From the IMG/VR virus record IMGVR_UViG_3300037790_000024: a stretch of DNA of 64,000 bases. One strand, given 5' to 3'. The notes under the pieces are model-generated. The model was not told the DNA's origin and made no database searches. It saw only the letters and a list, made by a program, of their open reading frames with translations. The DNA comes from a virus. Taxonomy: Duplodnaviria > Heunggongvirae > Uroviricota > Caudoviricetes. The translations under genes and the position numbers were made by a program. Positions 35,779-43,970 of the stretch are shown here, piece after piece; within the stretch, counting starts at the first letter, position 1, and each line of letters starts with the position of its first letter.

Positions 35779-36652
35779 AAATGTTTGGCATACCTTTTAA
35801 AGTCCAGTGACGAATCATCTGTCTGCGATCATCAAAGACAGCATAAACATTATATTTTCCCCTAATGTGATTTTCGTACAACTCGTCTTTAATTACAGAG
35901 TCTTTACGGGAATCTCCGGCCTGTCTCATATACAGGGTAGGTTTAGGAGTTATATAGGAAGAAATCCATTCATAAGTTTCTTTATAACAACTTCCATCCC
36001 TACCTGATAAGAAGATAATATCTATCCCAGTTTGAGAACGAATCCCTGAGACAGCAGCTATAATAGACTCTCTAGGAGAATCTTCCCCCACCTTGCTCCA
36101 ATCAAAAGGCGATCTTCCTTCCATAGAGGCCACAGTACCGTCAATATCACAGATAATGCAATCTGGTAGATCAGGAGCATGCTCATAAAGTTTAACACTT
36201 CCAAACTGTCGTTCAAACCTTATATACTGATCCCACAGTAGAGCTTCAGACAAACCCCCCTGTCTCTGAGCGTTACGCTTAACTAAAGTTTCCCAAGGAC
36301 AAGGGAAGAGTTTTTCCTCATAATCATACCCACAGTCCTTAGCCCACTGCTTCCATTTATTACGAGCTTTGGTGCTAAGGTTGGTATCTGAAATTATGAT
36401 GTTGGAGTTATTGTGTGTAGCCCACTTAGCTTTCTGCAACTGAACCTCAGTAACCTTATTCTCATTGTTTTTTGAAAATTTATACTTAGTCCAGTCCCTG
36501 ACAGAATTTGTAAACAATGAAAAGCGGATCTCATCTCTATTGAGGTTAGCCCATTTCTCACCTTTAGCTATACCTTCTATCTTGAACTCTTCAGCCCAAG
36601 TAGTTTTACCTGAAGCGCTGGCTCCAATTGTTAAAATAATTTTTGGCATCAT
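35747..36652 (-). CDS. pseT: polynucleotide 5'-kinase/3'-phosphatase (T4 Pnk homolog)
   Basis: MMPKIILTIGASASGKTTWAEEF vs T4 [22 protein letters not shown]; C-terminal HAD-like phosphatase DIDGT...DDR; 301 aa, same length as T4 Pnk. Confidence 0.85.
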   Translation of the reverse strand: MMPKIILTIGASASGKTTWAEEFKIEGIAKGEKWANLNRDEIRFSLFTNSVRDWTKYKFSKNNENKVTEVQLQKAKWATHNNSNIIISDTNLSTKARNKWKQWAKDCGYDYEEKLFPCPWETLVKRNAQRQGGLSEALLWDQYIRFERQFGSVKLYEHAPDLPDCIICDIDGTVASMEGRSPFDWSKVGEDSPRESIIAAVSGIRSQTGIDIIFLSGRDGSCYKETYEWISSYITPKPTLYMRQAGDSRKDSVIKDELYENHIRGKYNVYAVFDDRRQMIRHWTLKGMPNIFDVGSYNEEF

Positions 36653-36682
36653 CCCTCCTTTAACAATCCCTAGTTATTTTCA

Positions 36683-36931
36683 CTACACTCTCTCCCCTTC
36701 TATTCCAAAGGCTTCAAACATTTCAAAGATACCTTCACTCCAGCCAACATACCAATCAAAACTAGAAATAATAGCCTCCCCATCCTCATCATACCCGAAG
36801 ATAACATAAGTGTCGTCGTTATCACATTGTACACTAACGTAGCAGTCTGGATTATTTTTCAACCACTTCCATCTCCCTGCATCTGTAGGAATTTCATCAA
36901 ATTTATTTTTGTATAGATCAACATCAGTCAT
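36683..36931 (-). CDS. hypothetical protein
   Basis: 82 aa. Confidence 0.45.
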   Translation of the reverse strand: MTDVDLYKNKFDEIPTDAGRWKWLKNNPDCYVSVQCDNDDTYVIFGYDEDGEAIISSFDWYVGWSEGIFEMFEAFGIEGERV

Positions 36932-36933
36932 AG

Positions 36934-37215
36934 CTACCTCCCTTCATAAAACCACATATACGCATTACAGTAGGCATGCACTGCCCCCTCTGTCATCCCA
37001 GTGTTATGATCATGCTGTAGATGGACAGGCCATTTAAGAAAATTAGGAGGAAACAGCCTCCAATCAATATACTTGCTAGTTATACCAGCAGGGGGCTTGT
37101 TTATCAACAACTCGTTGCAAAACATGCAACGGCCTTTTTGTCTTCTAACATACTCCTCTCTAACCTCCTTTCTTTCTCTAGGAGAGAGTTTTTCATAGTT
37201 GGTGGGGAGATTCAT
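36934..37215 (-). CDS. hypothetical Zn-binding protein
   Basis: CMFCNE...HLQHDHNTG...HAYCN. Confidence 0.45.
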   Translation of the reverse strand: MNLPTNYEKLSPRERKEVREEYVRRQKGRCMFCNELLINKPPAGITSKYIDWRLFPPNFLKWPVHLQHDHNTGMTEGAVHAYCNAYMWFYEGR

Positions 37216-38510
37216 TATGAAGCATCCTCCTCGTCCACGTTTTCTTCTTTGTAGATCCCTTCCATAATGCGGAATGCTTTAGATTTGTTTTTATAAAACT
37301 TGGGTGTCAAACCTTGTCCATCTACACGGATAACAACACCTTCATTAACATGAGATGGATCTCTGTAGTCTTCTGTCAACACCTCAGGGCGGTCTGTTAG
37401 CTGATCTACCAGTTCTACTAGTTTATCTTTATCTCCATCATAAACAAAAGGCTCTACCAGATCAAGAGGTGGCTCAATGCCACGTTGCTCACACCAAGCT
37501 ACCAACTGAGGCTCTGTCAAATCCACCTCTGTTCCATCTACAGTGGTGTATGTAACACGGTAGGCGTAAAACTTGTAGTTTCCTTCAGGGCAACCATACT
37601 TGTACACCATAGTGTCTCCATACTTCTTAGTGTAAGCCTTGTCTTTTAGAGTTTTTACATTGTGGCTTCCCATAATAGGTTTGTCGTTAGCGTAGCCCAC
37701 GATCTCCCCATATACAGTAACACCTCTTTCCAGATGAGGCTTTAGTTGCTCCAGAATCTCAAAGCGAAAGGCTTCTGATCCATGAAAACCGTCTTTGTCT
37801 TTATCGACAGATTTCAAAACAACTCTTCGTGTGCCTGCAACATATTCCCACTCTTCTGTTTTGAAGATAGGCACTACTTTATTAATCAACTTCTTCCACT
37901 CTGGAAGATTTTTAGTCACCAAGGTGTTAGAATAACGAGCTGAAGTGCCATGTCCTTTAGCCTGAATAGAGATAACAGATCCAACAGGAATACGATCAAC
38001 ACTATATTTAAACTGATCTGTATCTACGTGCTGGTGGAACAAAGGAGTTTCAACAGCTTTACGAGCTTGTTTTTTCTTGTTGCCAATAGCTCTGAGGGTG
38101 TGAGGATTGACATATTTCTTAGCAATGCCAACTCCATTCAGTTCTTCAAACTGATCTCCCAAAGAAAAAGTGTCAATATCATAGCCAGTGAACACCAAGG
38201 AGTTAATATCAGTGAAATAGCCACAAGATTTAACTCCTAAGAAAGGTTGTGCTCTCACCTTACCGTTGTCGTCAAAAAATCCTTTCTTGTCAGGATCTTT
38301 GTTTTTATCTGAGTGGCGATAAAGATTGTTGTTTGACAAAAACTCTGGAGACAACTGAGTGTCTGGTGGGAAGAACACACCAACATACCCCACTTCCAGT
38401 TCTTTTGAAACAATAACTGGTTCTCCAAGTACATACGCCACTTGAATTTTATTTGCCTTTTCGATAGGCTCAACTTTGTCAATTTTTGCAATAATACCAC
38501 AATAGTTCAT
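37215..38510 (-). CDS. RNA ligase (Rnl2-like nucleotidyltransferase motif KxHGT) fused to N-terminal tRNA-binding OB-fold (EMAP/Myf-like) domain
   Basis: N-term CGIIAKIDKVEPIEKANKIQVAYVLGEPVIVSKEL resembles tRNA_bind domain; IQAKGHGTSARY resembles Rnl2 motif I EKIHGTNFS; adjacent to pnk; 431 aa. Confidence 0.6.
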   Translation of the reverse strand: MNYCGIIAKIDKVEPIEKANKIQVAYVLGEPVIVSKELEVGYVGVFFPPDTQLSPEFLSNNNLYRHSDKNKDPDKKGFFDDNGKVRAQPFLGVKSCGYFTDINSLVFTGYDIDTFSLGDQFEELNGVGIAKKYVNPHTLRAIGNKKKQARKAVETPLFHQHVDTDQFKYSVDRIPVGSVISIQAKGHGTSARYSNTLVTKNLPEWKKLINKVVPIFKTEEWEYVAGTRRVVLKSVDKDKDGFHGSEAFRFEILEQLKPHLERGVTVYGEIVGYANDKPIMGSHNVKTLKDKAYTKKYGDTMVYKYGCPEGNYKFYAYRVTYTTVDGTEVDLTEPQLVAWCEQRGIEPPLDLVEPFVYDGDKDKLVELVDQLTDRPEVLTEDYRDPSHVNEGVVIRVDGQGLTPKFYKNKSKAFRIMEGIYKEENVDEEDAS

Positions 38511-38522
38511 ATTAAACCTCCT

Positions 38523-38699
38523 CTATGAAAAAATATAGCTTAGTTTTTCTTTGTTCCTCAACTCAACAACGCGGTGACCTGTGAACTTACTTTGGCACTG
38601 AGCTAAGCTTTTAGCAAACACAGTTCTAGCCAGAGATGGGATATAAAATACAAGCTTACCTTCTCTGTATGCTCTTAGTTTATTAGATCTTACCATAGT
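38523..38699 (-). CDS. small hypothetical protein (about 58 aa)
   Basis: MVRSNKLRAYREGKLVFYIPS...; manual translation; approximate ends. Confidence 0.25.
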   Translation of the reverse strand, partial: TMVRSNKLRAYREGKLVFYIPSLARTVFAKSLAQCQSKFTGHRVVELRNKEKLSYIFS

Positions 38700-38701
38700 T
38701 G

Positions 38702-39235
38702 CTACCTCGTTTTGTTTACTTCGACAGATATTACCTCATTATTAGTGTATCTGTCAAGTTTAGCTGTGTGCTTAATAGCATCTTTTGCATAATACCCCAT
38801 ATAAAGAAAAGCTAGGGCAAAATCTGCGCCACTTCCTAGAGCCACCCACTCGTCTTTTAGATGTTTAATCTCCCACTCTACCTTATATTGATTTATTGCT
38901 CCCCACCAGTCAAATCTCTTCTTGTAATTTGGAGTGGCAATAAAGCAAAAATTGTAGGGGTTTCCGGTGAGAATCAAGATATTCATTTCACCGTTATTTT
39001 CCATAGTTTCAGGAAGATTACCTTTAGCCGTAAAATAAAGTCTAGCCTCTCTTATCGTGGTAACATCCCCAGAGGCTCCAAACCCTATCCAATGATCCTT
39101 GTTTTTAAAAGATCTTATCTTTGCAGAATTTCTTTCAAAGCTGGTGTAGCCTGTGCTGATATGAGATACAGTTGTTTGAGTGTCGCTATACAGCACCCCA
39201 GTTTTGGTGTTAGCAAGAATTGTTGTCATTGACAC
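38702..39235 (-). CDS. hypothetical protein
   Basis: 177 aa. Confidence 0.5.
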   Translation of the reverse strand: MSMTTILANTKTGVLYSDTQTTVSHISTGYTSFERNSAKIRSFKNKDHWIGFGASGDVTTIREARLYFTAKGNLPETMENNGEMNILILTGNPYNFCFIATPNYKKRFDWWGAINQYKVEWEIKHLKDEWVALGSGADFALAFLYMGYYAKDAIKHTAKLDRYTNNEVISVEVNKTR

Positions 39236-39392
39236 ATCCCTTCAACGTGTTTGTAAGGACAAGTTCTATCTGCATCTCTATTACCATCGAAGCTCCACAG
39301 TTTTGCACCACACTCATTGCACATCATATAAGCTTCTCCAGAAGCTAGTCTGGCTTCTACCCTATCAAATTCTTGATCTAGATCCTCTTCCA
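39236..39392 (-). CDS. small zinc-ribbon protein (about 52 aa)
   Basis: MEEDLDQEFDRVEARLASGEAYMMCNECGAKLW...; stop overlaps next start (ATGA); manual. Confidence 0.3.
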
Positions 39393-39459
39393 TTTCTCCT
39401 CCCTCTTCAATAAAAAAGCCCGTATACCAAATTAATGATACACAGGCTAAATGCTTTTG

Positions 39460-40041
39460 TCAAATTTTTTCTTGTTCTTCAATATCAGGTTTGTTTTTAA
39501 GACGTTCTACAATCTGGTCTGAATCTAGCCAGAGGTCTTGTCCTGCCAGCACTGAGTTCATCTCTTCTTCTGTCAGAAAGTGCTCGTAGTAGTCTTTAAA
39601 AACCGTTTCTACATGAGCATTAGAAAACTCCACTTGCTTCTTGAGTTTGTTATGGCTCTCGAAGAATCCTGCGGTAGGCTCATGGATAAGCATAGCTGCA
39701 TGATCTCCAACAATATACTGGTCTCCTTGGAGGAACAGCATACCATCTGCACTGTGGGCTTCACCTTCCAGATAGGTAATAATCTGAGCTTGAGATGATC
39801 GCATTAGATTTACCAACTGAATTAATGTAGCTAGGTTGCCACCTACAGAGTTGATGTGAACTCTAATAATATCATTAGGAGAGGCATTCCGATACACTTG
39901 GAAGTCTTCTAGATAGTCTGAGGGGTTTCCTAAACCACCTACATAGTCAATGTCGTAAACAAACCCATAAGGTACTTTCGAGATTCGTTTAGAGGGCATT
40001 CCTCCCATAACGATCTGGTCTAAAACTTCTTCTTCTACCAC
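39460..40041 (-). CDS. ClpP-like serine protease (S14 family)
   Basis: INSVGGNLATL, AHSADGML, LIHEP correspond to ClpP Ser/His motif regions. Confidence 0.7.
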   Translation of the reverse strand: MVEEEVLDQIVMGGMPSKRISKVPYGFVYDIDYVGGLGNPSDYLEDFQVYRNASPNDIIRVHINSVGGNLATLIQLVNLMRSSQAQIITYLEGEAHSADGMLFLQGDQYIVGDHAAMLIHEPTAGFFESHNKLKKQVEFSNAHVETVFKDYYEHFLTEEEMNSVLAGQDLWLDSDQIVERLKNKPDIEEQEKI

Positions 40042-40052
40042 TTGCCCTCCTC

Positions 40053-40805
40053 TTATTCTGCGTAAATTTCTGTGATGTATCTTGAGAGATTACTTCTCAT
40101 GTTGTGGCTGTAGTCCATCTCAACATAAGCAACAACTTCATCTTTTATGGGGAAGAGAGCATTATAGTTTTCATAACACACTCTATCAATAAGATCTCTC
40201 AGTCCATCCTCTCTTTTCTTAATTGCGTATCTTTGATCACTGTCCCCTGCAACCACTACAATACTGTCCTTACCAGCTCTTTCTGCACACAACTTCACTG
40301 TATCAGGATTCATCACCTGAGCTTCCTCTAAGATGATGATAGCATTGTCGATAGTTCTACCTTGGAGGTAGTTGGGAACATCAAACACAAGGTTGCCTGA
40401 AGCAATGTCATTTTCTAATTTATTTTTTGTCATGAATTGTAGAAAGATAGACTTCATGCTTTCCATGTGTGATAGCAACTTTTCGTTTTTGCTTCCGGTG
40501 AGAAAGCCTATTTGGTCTGTCCCAGACTCTGCTGGGGTTTTAATAAGGATAATCTTATTAAATCTGCCTCTCTTGTAGTCTGAGAGTGCTTTATGGATGA
40601 TAGTAGATGACTTTCCTGTACCACTAGGACTATTTACAATGATCAACTCTTTAGTTTCCATTGCACTTTGTATGTCCTGCTGTTTTCCTTTAGGTTTAAA
40701 CCAACCAAGATTATAGTCTTGTTGCATACTTGGTTTTTTAGCCACTACTCTTTCATCTCCTCTTTGTTGTTTTTGTTTTCGAGTGTTTCTTCTAGAGGGC
40801 TTCAA
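40053..40805 (-). CDS. phoH: PhoH-like ATPase
   Basis: Walker A SPSGTGKSST; IILEEAQVMNP...VVVAGDSDQ PhoH-type Walker B region. Confidence 0.75.
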   Translation of the reverse strand: MKPSRRNTRKQKQQRGDERVVAKKPSMQQDYNLGWFKPKGKQQDIQSAMETKELIIVNSPSGTGKSSTIIHKALSDYKRGRFNKIILIKTPAESGTDQIGFLTGSKNEKLLSHMESMKSIFLQFMTKNKLENDIASGNLVFDVPNYLQGRTIDNAIIILEEAQVMNPDTVKLCAERAGKDSIVVVAGDSDQRYAIKKREDGLRDLIDRVCYENYNALFPIKDEVVAYVEMDYSHNMRSNLSRYITEIYAE

Positions 40806-41365
40806 AATAGCACTCTCTCTTTAAGCCACCCATAGATAAAAGTTTCATCCTTCTCCCTCCTTTCTGCCAAGTCTAGGTAGAAAGCCCCTTGATATGCGTT
40901 AAGGGCTTTAAGCATTACAGCCACACCTTCTCTCCCTCTTCGGTCTAGATAACTTTCCAAGGCTGTCACTGTCTTTGCTCCAATCAGTCCATCCACCCTA
41001 AGGTCTGAGTAGTATTTCTGTTGGTTATTAAGAGCATTTAGAGATTTTTGTAGCCAGATCACTGCTCTATATGTTCCTACATTAACACCAGAGTCAAATA
41101 CTTCTGAAGCAATTAAGTCATCCACTGAGTATATTAAATGCAAGTTAGGCTCATAAAAATATCTTTTGGCATAAATATCTTGAGCAGAAGTTTTAGGGAA
41201 ATCTCTCATATCTCCATAATACCCAGCTTCTCTTGCAACTTCTTCTGTTATACCATAGTTTGTAGCTCCCCCGCTGTCATTAGGATTATTAACATAACCA
41301 CCTTCTATCTCTATAATACTGTCGATAAGGTTTCTAACAAACAAAGGACTTTTAACGTAAGTCAT
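40802..41365 (-). CDS. endolysin: glycoside hydrolase family 108 domain + PG_binding_3 domain
   Basis: EIEGGYVNNPNDSGGATNYGIT GH108 signature; C-terminal DGLIGAKTVTALESYL peptidoglycan-binding repeat. Confidence 0.8.
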   Translation of the reverse strand: MTYVKSPLFVRNLIDSIIEIEGGYVNNPNDSGGATNYGITEEVAREAGYYGDMRDFPKTSAQDIYAKRYFYEPNLHLIYSVDDLIASEVFDSGVNVGTYRAVIWLQKSLNALNNQQKYYSDLRVDGLIGAKTVTALESYLDRRGREGVAVMLKALNAYQGAFYLDLAERREKDETFIYGWLKERVLF

Positions 41366-41373
41366 TTATTCTC

Positions 41374-42204
41374 CTATAAAAATTGAGAAGGTCTTTCTTG
41401 CCATTCGTCTTCTATAATAACATCTGTAGCATTATTACCGCTTTGTTCCGACACAACAAAGTAGTAGGTATCAGCAGGAAGCCCTTTATGCATTAAAAGA
41501 CCTGATGGGGAAGAATTACTTCTGTTAGCATTTAAGTCTGTTTTTGCTTCAATGTAGTCAATCAGCTCCCCATCATTGTTGTATGTCCCCCCAGTCATCT
41601 TAGTAACATTAGAAGTGTACGCAGGGGCTTCATCCATCCTATTAGAAGGAAAGATCGGAATGTTTGTAACAAAACCTCCATTATCTGTCCCTCCTTTCCA
41701 AACCTCAACTCTAACGTGTCCGGCTAGCACAGTGAGGAGAGTGTGCTCCATAATAAAATCTTTATCAAAAACAAACTTATACACAGCACTTGTCCCAGCG
41801 GGGATGGTTGCTTCTGCATTACAGTAGAACAGCCTAGCTTCTTCAAAACCTGTTTCCTCTGCATCTACTTGGAGTCTTCTAGTGTTTGGATTTCTTGAAG
41901 TCCATGCACCATCTGGAAGATTTACCAACAGAGAGGGAACAATAGAGTCTGCTGCCCTTTGAACAACTATGCTCCCTCTAGCTCCTGTAACATACACACC
42001 GTCTGAATTTCTATTGGAAATAAGAGCTGAATGATACTGGGCTATAGGGACACTATTTTCTAAAGAAGGAGTACCGCTAGTCCTGCAAATAAACAAATCG
42101 TCTGCTGTATTATTTAAGATAACTAAATTTTCACCTATCTCAAAATCAGTTTCAGCATAGACATCGTAGAAAACTTCCCTGTTCTCTAAATAAAGAGTTT
42201 CCAT
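41374..42204 (-). CDS. hypothetical protein (276 aa)
   Basis: Long ORF next to lysin. Confidence 0.5.
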   Translation of the reverse strand: METLYLENREVFYDVYAETDFEIGENLVILNNTADDLFICRTSGTPSLENSVPIAQYHSALISNRNSDGVYVTGARGSIVVQRAADSIVPSLLVNLPDGAWTSRNPNTRRLQVDAEETGFEEARLFYCNAEATIPAGTSAVYKFVFDKDFIMEHTLLTVLAGHVRVEVWKGGTDNGGFVTNIPIFPSNRMDEAPAYTSNVTKMTGGTYNNDGELIDYIEAKTDLNANRSNSSPSGLLMHKGLPADTYYFVVSEQSGNNATDVIIEDEWQERPSQFL

Positions 42205-42207
42205 TTT

Positions 42208-42423
42208 TTATCCCTTATAAAGTTTTTTCAACATTTTATAAGCTTTTCTTCCACAATCTTCAGCCAACACAGTAGTATTAACCATAGCCCACTCAGGCTC
42301 GTTAGTCATAAGGTTATAACTATACACTTTTGGATGGACGTTTGTTTCTTGATAGTTTGCTGAAACATTTCCATAACCATGTTTAACTGATTGTCGCAGT
42401 TGCTTAGCTTTTTTGCCTCTCAT
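42208..42423 (-). CDS. hypothetical basic protein
   Basis: 71 aa, RBS aaggagggaatATG; preceded by structured 190-nt leader. Confidence 0.45.
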   Translation of the reverse strand: MRGKKAKQLRQSVKHGYGNVSANYQETNVHPKVYSYNLMTNEPEWAMVNTTVLAEDCGRKAYKMLKKLYKG

Positions 42424-42624
42424 ATTCCCTCCTTAATTTGGTCGGGGTTTATTCCCTAGAAGCCTAGGCAATACTCTCTGGCCTTTTCCCGACTAATTTG
42501 CCAGTTCATCTGGGAGCTACCCAGCCTCTCGTTATGGTGGTGTGCTGGGAGACCTTCTACTCCTGCACAGGCTTTGTTTAACGTCTGCTTCACACTCAGA
42601 CAGGTTTTATTTCACCACCAAAAA

Positions 42625-42709
42625 TGGTGGGTGTAAAAGGAATCGAACCTAAAATGCCTTACGGAACGGGGTTACAGCCCGCACACGATCCATACGTGTC
42701 TATACACCC
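42625..42709 (-). tRNA. tRNA-Tyr (GTA), type II
   Basis: Acceptor GGGTGTA/TACACCC, anticodon loop CTGTAAC, long variable arm, GGTTCGATTCC T-arm, encoded CCA. Confidence 0.7.
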
Positions 42710-42714
42710 TAAAT

Positions 42715-42789
42715 TGGCCTGCTTACAAGGACTCGAACCCTGACTAAGGGAGTAGAAATCCCTTGTGCTATCCATTACACCATAAGCAG
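42715..42789 (-). tRNA. tRNA-Arg (TCT)
   Basis: Acceptor CTGCTTA/TAAGCAG, anticodon loop TTTCTAC, T-loop TTCGAGT, CCA encoded. Confidence 0.8.
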
Positions 42790-42794
42790 TTATT

Positions 42795-42871
42795 TGGTCG
42801 GAGATAAAGGACTTGAACCTTTGACCCCTTGCTCCCAAAGCAAGTGCTCTACCAGACTGAGCTAATCTCCG
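42795..42871 (-). tRNA. tRNA-Pro (TGG)
   Basis: Acceptor CGGAGAT/ATCTCCG, anticodon loop TTTGGGA, CCA encoded. Confidence 0.8.
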
Positions 42872-42879
42872 TTTTGTTC

Positions 42880-42950
42880 TGGGGTGACGCGCAGAATCAA
42901 ACTGCTCCATACAGGGTCACAACCTGATGTCCTCTCAGAGGTACGCCACA
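42880..42950 (-). tRNA. degenerate tRNA-His-like element (anticodon GTG; abnormal D-arm); possible pseudo-tRNA
   Basis: Acceptor GTGGCGT/GCGTCAC + C73 + CCA, anticodon loop TTGTGAC, but D-arm only about 11 nt. Confidence 0.3.
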
Positions 42951-43016
42951 TTAAATAAGTGAGAGGTTGTTGGCGCAACCCCTCTTGATGAATTGACAGC
43001 TCATCATCGTTTATTA

Positions 43017-43092
43017 TGGCAGGGAAGGTGAGACTCGAACTCACGCATCAGGGGATCAAAGCCCCTTGCCTTATCCACTTGGCTACTTCCCA
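43017..43092 (-). tRNA. tRNA-Gln (TTG)
   Basis: Anticodon loop CTTTGAT, T-loop TTCGAGT, CCA encoded. Confidence 0.75.
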
Positions 43093-43099
43093 ACTTATT

Positions 43100-43186
43100 T
43101 GGTACAGGAGGAGAGACTCGAACTCTCACGCCACTAAGGACACTGGAACCTAAATCCAGCGCGGCTACCAATTACGCCACTCCTGC
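43100..43186 (-). tRNA. tRNA-Leu (TAG), type II
   Basis: Acceptor GCAGGAG/CTCCTGT, anticodon loop TTTAGGT, long variable arm. Confidence 0.8.
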
Positions 43187-43197
43187 ATATTTTCTAA

Positions 43198-43282
43198 TGG
43201 TACGAGAGGTGGGGATCGAACCCACACGCTAAAAAGCAAGGGATTTTAAGTCCCTCATGACTACCAATTCCATCACTCTCGC
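43198..43282 (-). tRNA. tRNA-Leu (TAA), type II
   Basis: Anticodon loop CTTAAAA, long variable arm, T-loop TTCGATC. Confidence 0.8.
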
Positions 43283-43371
43283 TATAAGGAGGATTCTAGA
43301 TACGTCTACCTAGCGATACTGGTACTCCAGTCAACGTACTCTCGCAGAGGTTCCTCTCTCTCTTTTTGTAT

Positions 43372-43447
43372 TGGTTGAGGCAGTTGGACTTGAACCAACG
43401 ACAACCCGATTATCGGTCGGGTACTCTACCAACTGAGTTATGCCTCA
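43372..43447 (-). tRNA. tRNA-Ile (GAT)
   Basis: Acceptor TGAGGCA/TGCCTCA, anticodon loop CCGATAA. Confidence 0.75.
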
Positions 43448-43452
43448 TTATT

Positions 43453-43581
43453 TGGTGGAATGATCTGGGTTTTATCCAGAGACCTAGTTTCAAACTAGTC
43501 AGCCTTGTATAGCCAGCATAAATTGTCTCGGTTTGGACTTACCTCCCCTCTCTTTTCGGACGACTCTCCTGCTTTCATTCC
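43453..43581 (-). ncRNA. 129-nt tRNA-like element: 7-bp acceptor-like stem GGAATGA/TCATTCC + A + CCA, T-arm-like hairpin, about 55-nt insertion in 5' half
   Basis: Sits in register within the tRNA array, 5 nt from tRNA-Ile and 6 nt from tRNA-Asn; internal hairpin GACTAG-TTTGAAA-CTAGGTC (anticodon-like TGA). Confidence 0.4.
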
Positions 43582-43587
43582 GTAAGG

Positions 43588-43659
43588 CTGGCATGGTAGG
43601 ACTCGAACCTACGACAACAACATTAACAGTGTTGCGTTCTACCACTGAACTACATGCCA
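43588..43659 (-). tRNA. tRNA-Asn (GTT), CCA not encoded
   Basis: Anticodon stem CAACA/TGTTG loop CTGTTAA; T-arm GTAGGTTCGAGTCCTAC. Confidence 0.75.
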
Positions 43660-43669
43660 ATATTCTTTT

Positions 43670-43745
43670 TGGTGCTCCGTCAGGGACTCGAACCCCATCT
43701 CCCAAGTTATGAGCTTGGCACTCTTACCCGATGAGTTACCGGAGC
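43670..43745 (-). tRNA. tRNA-Met (CAT) elongator-type (or Ile-lysidine CAT)
   Basis: Acceptor GCTCCGG, anticodon loop CTCATAA, G1-C72 paired. Confidence 0.7.
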
Positions 43746-43875
43746 GTGTATTCTATCACAGTCTGTTCCTGTGAGTCAAGCCCTAACCATCACGTTAGTT
43801 AATGCGCCTTAGCGGGGATTCAAACCCTATTCTGATACCAATTGTCGCTACCTAGCAGAATCGAACTGCATGCTC

Positions 43876-43965
43876 TGGCAGAGGGAGAGGGATTTGAACC
43901 CTCGGAGGCTTTTAAGCCTCACCACCTTAGCAGGGTGGTACAATAAACCGCTCTGACATCCCTCT
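43876..43965 (-). tRNA. tRNA-Ser (GCT), type II
   Basis: Acceptor AGAGGGA/TCCCTCT, anticodon loop CTGCTAA, long variable arm, T-loop TTCAAAT. Confidence 0.8.
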
Positions 43966-43970
43966 ATGTT

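Noticed and set aside
43453-43581. Group I intron-containing tRNA or tmRNA as explanation for the 129-nt tRNA-like element
   Set aside because: Too short for a group I intron (>200 nt) or tmRNA (>300 nt); kept as an unexplained tRNA-like element instead.
42659-43705. Minus-strand ORFs 42659-42910, 42862-43044 and 43499-43705 in the ORF track
   Set aside because: They run through tRNA genes; translations are tRNA-sequence artefacts (GTG/TTG starts, no RBS).
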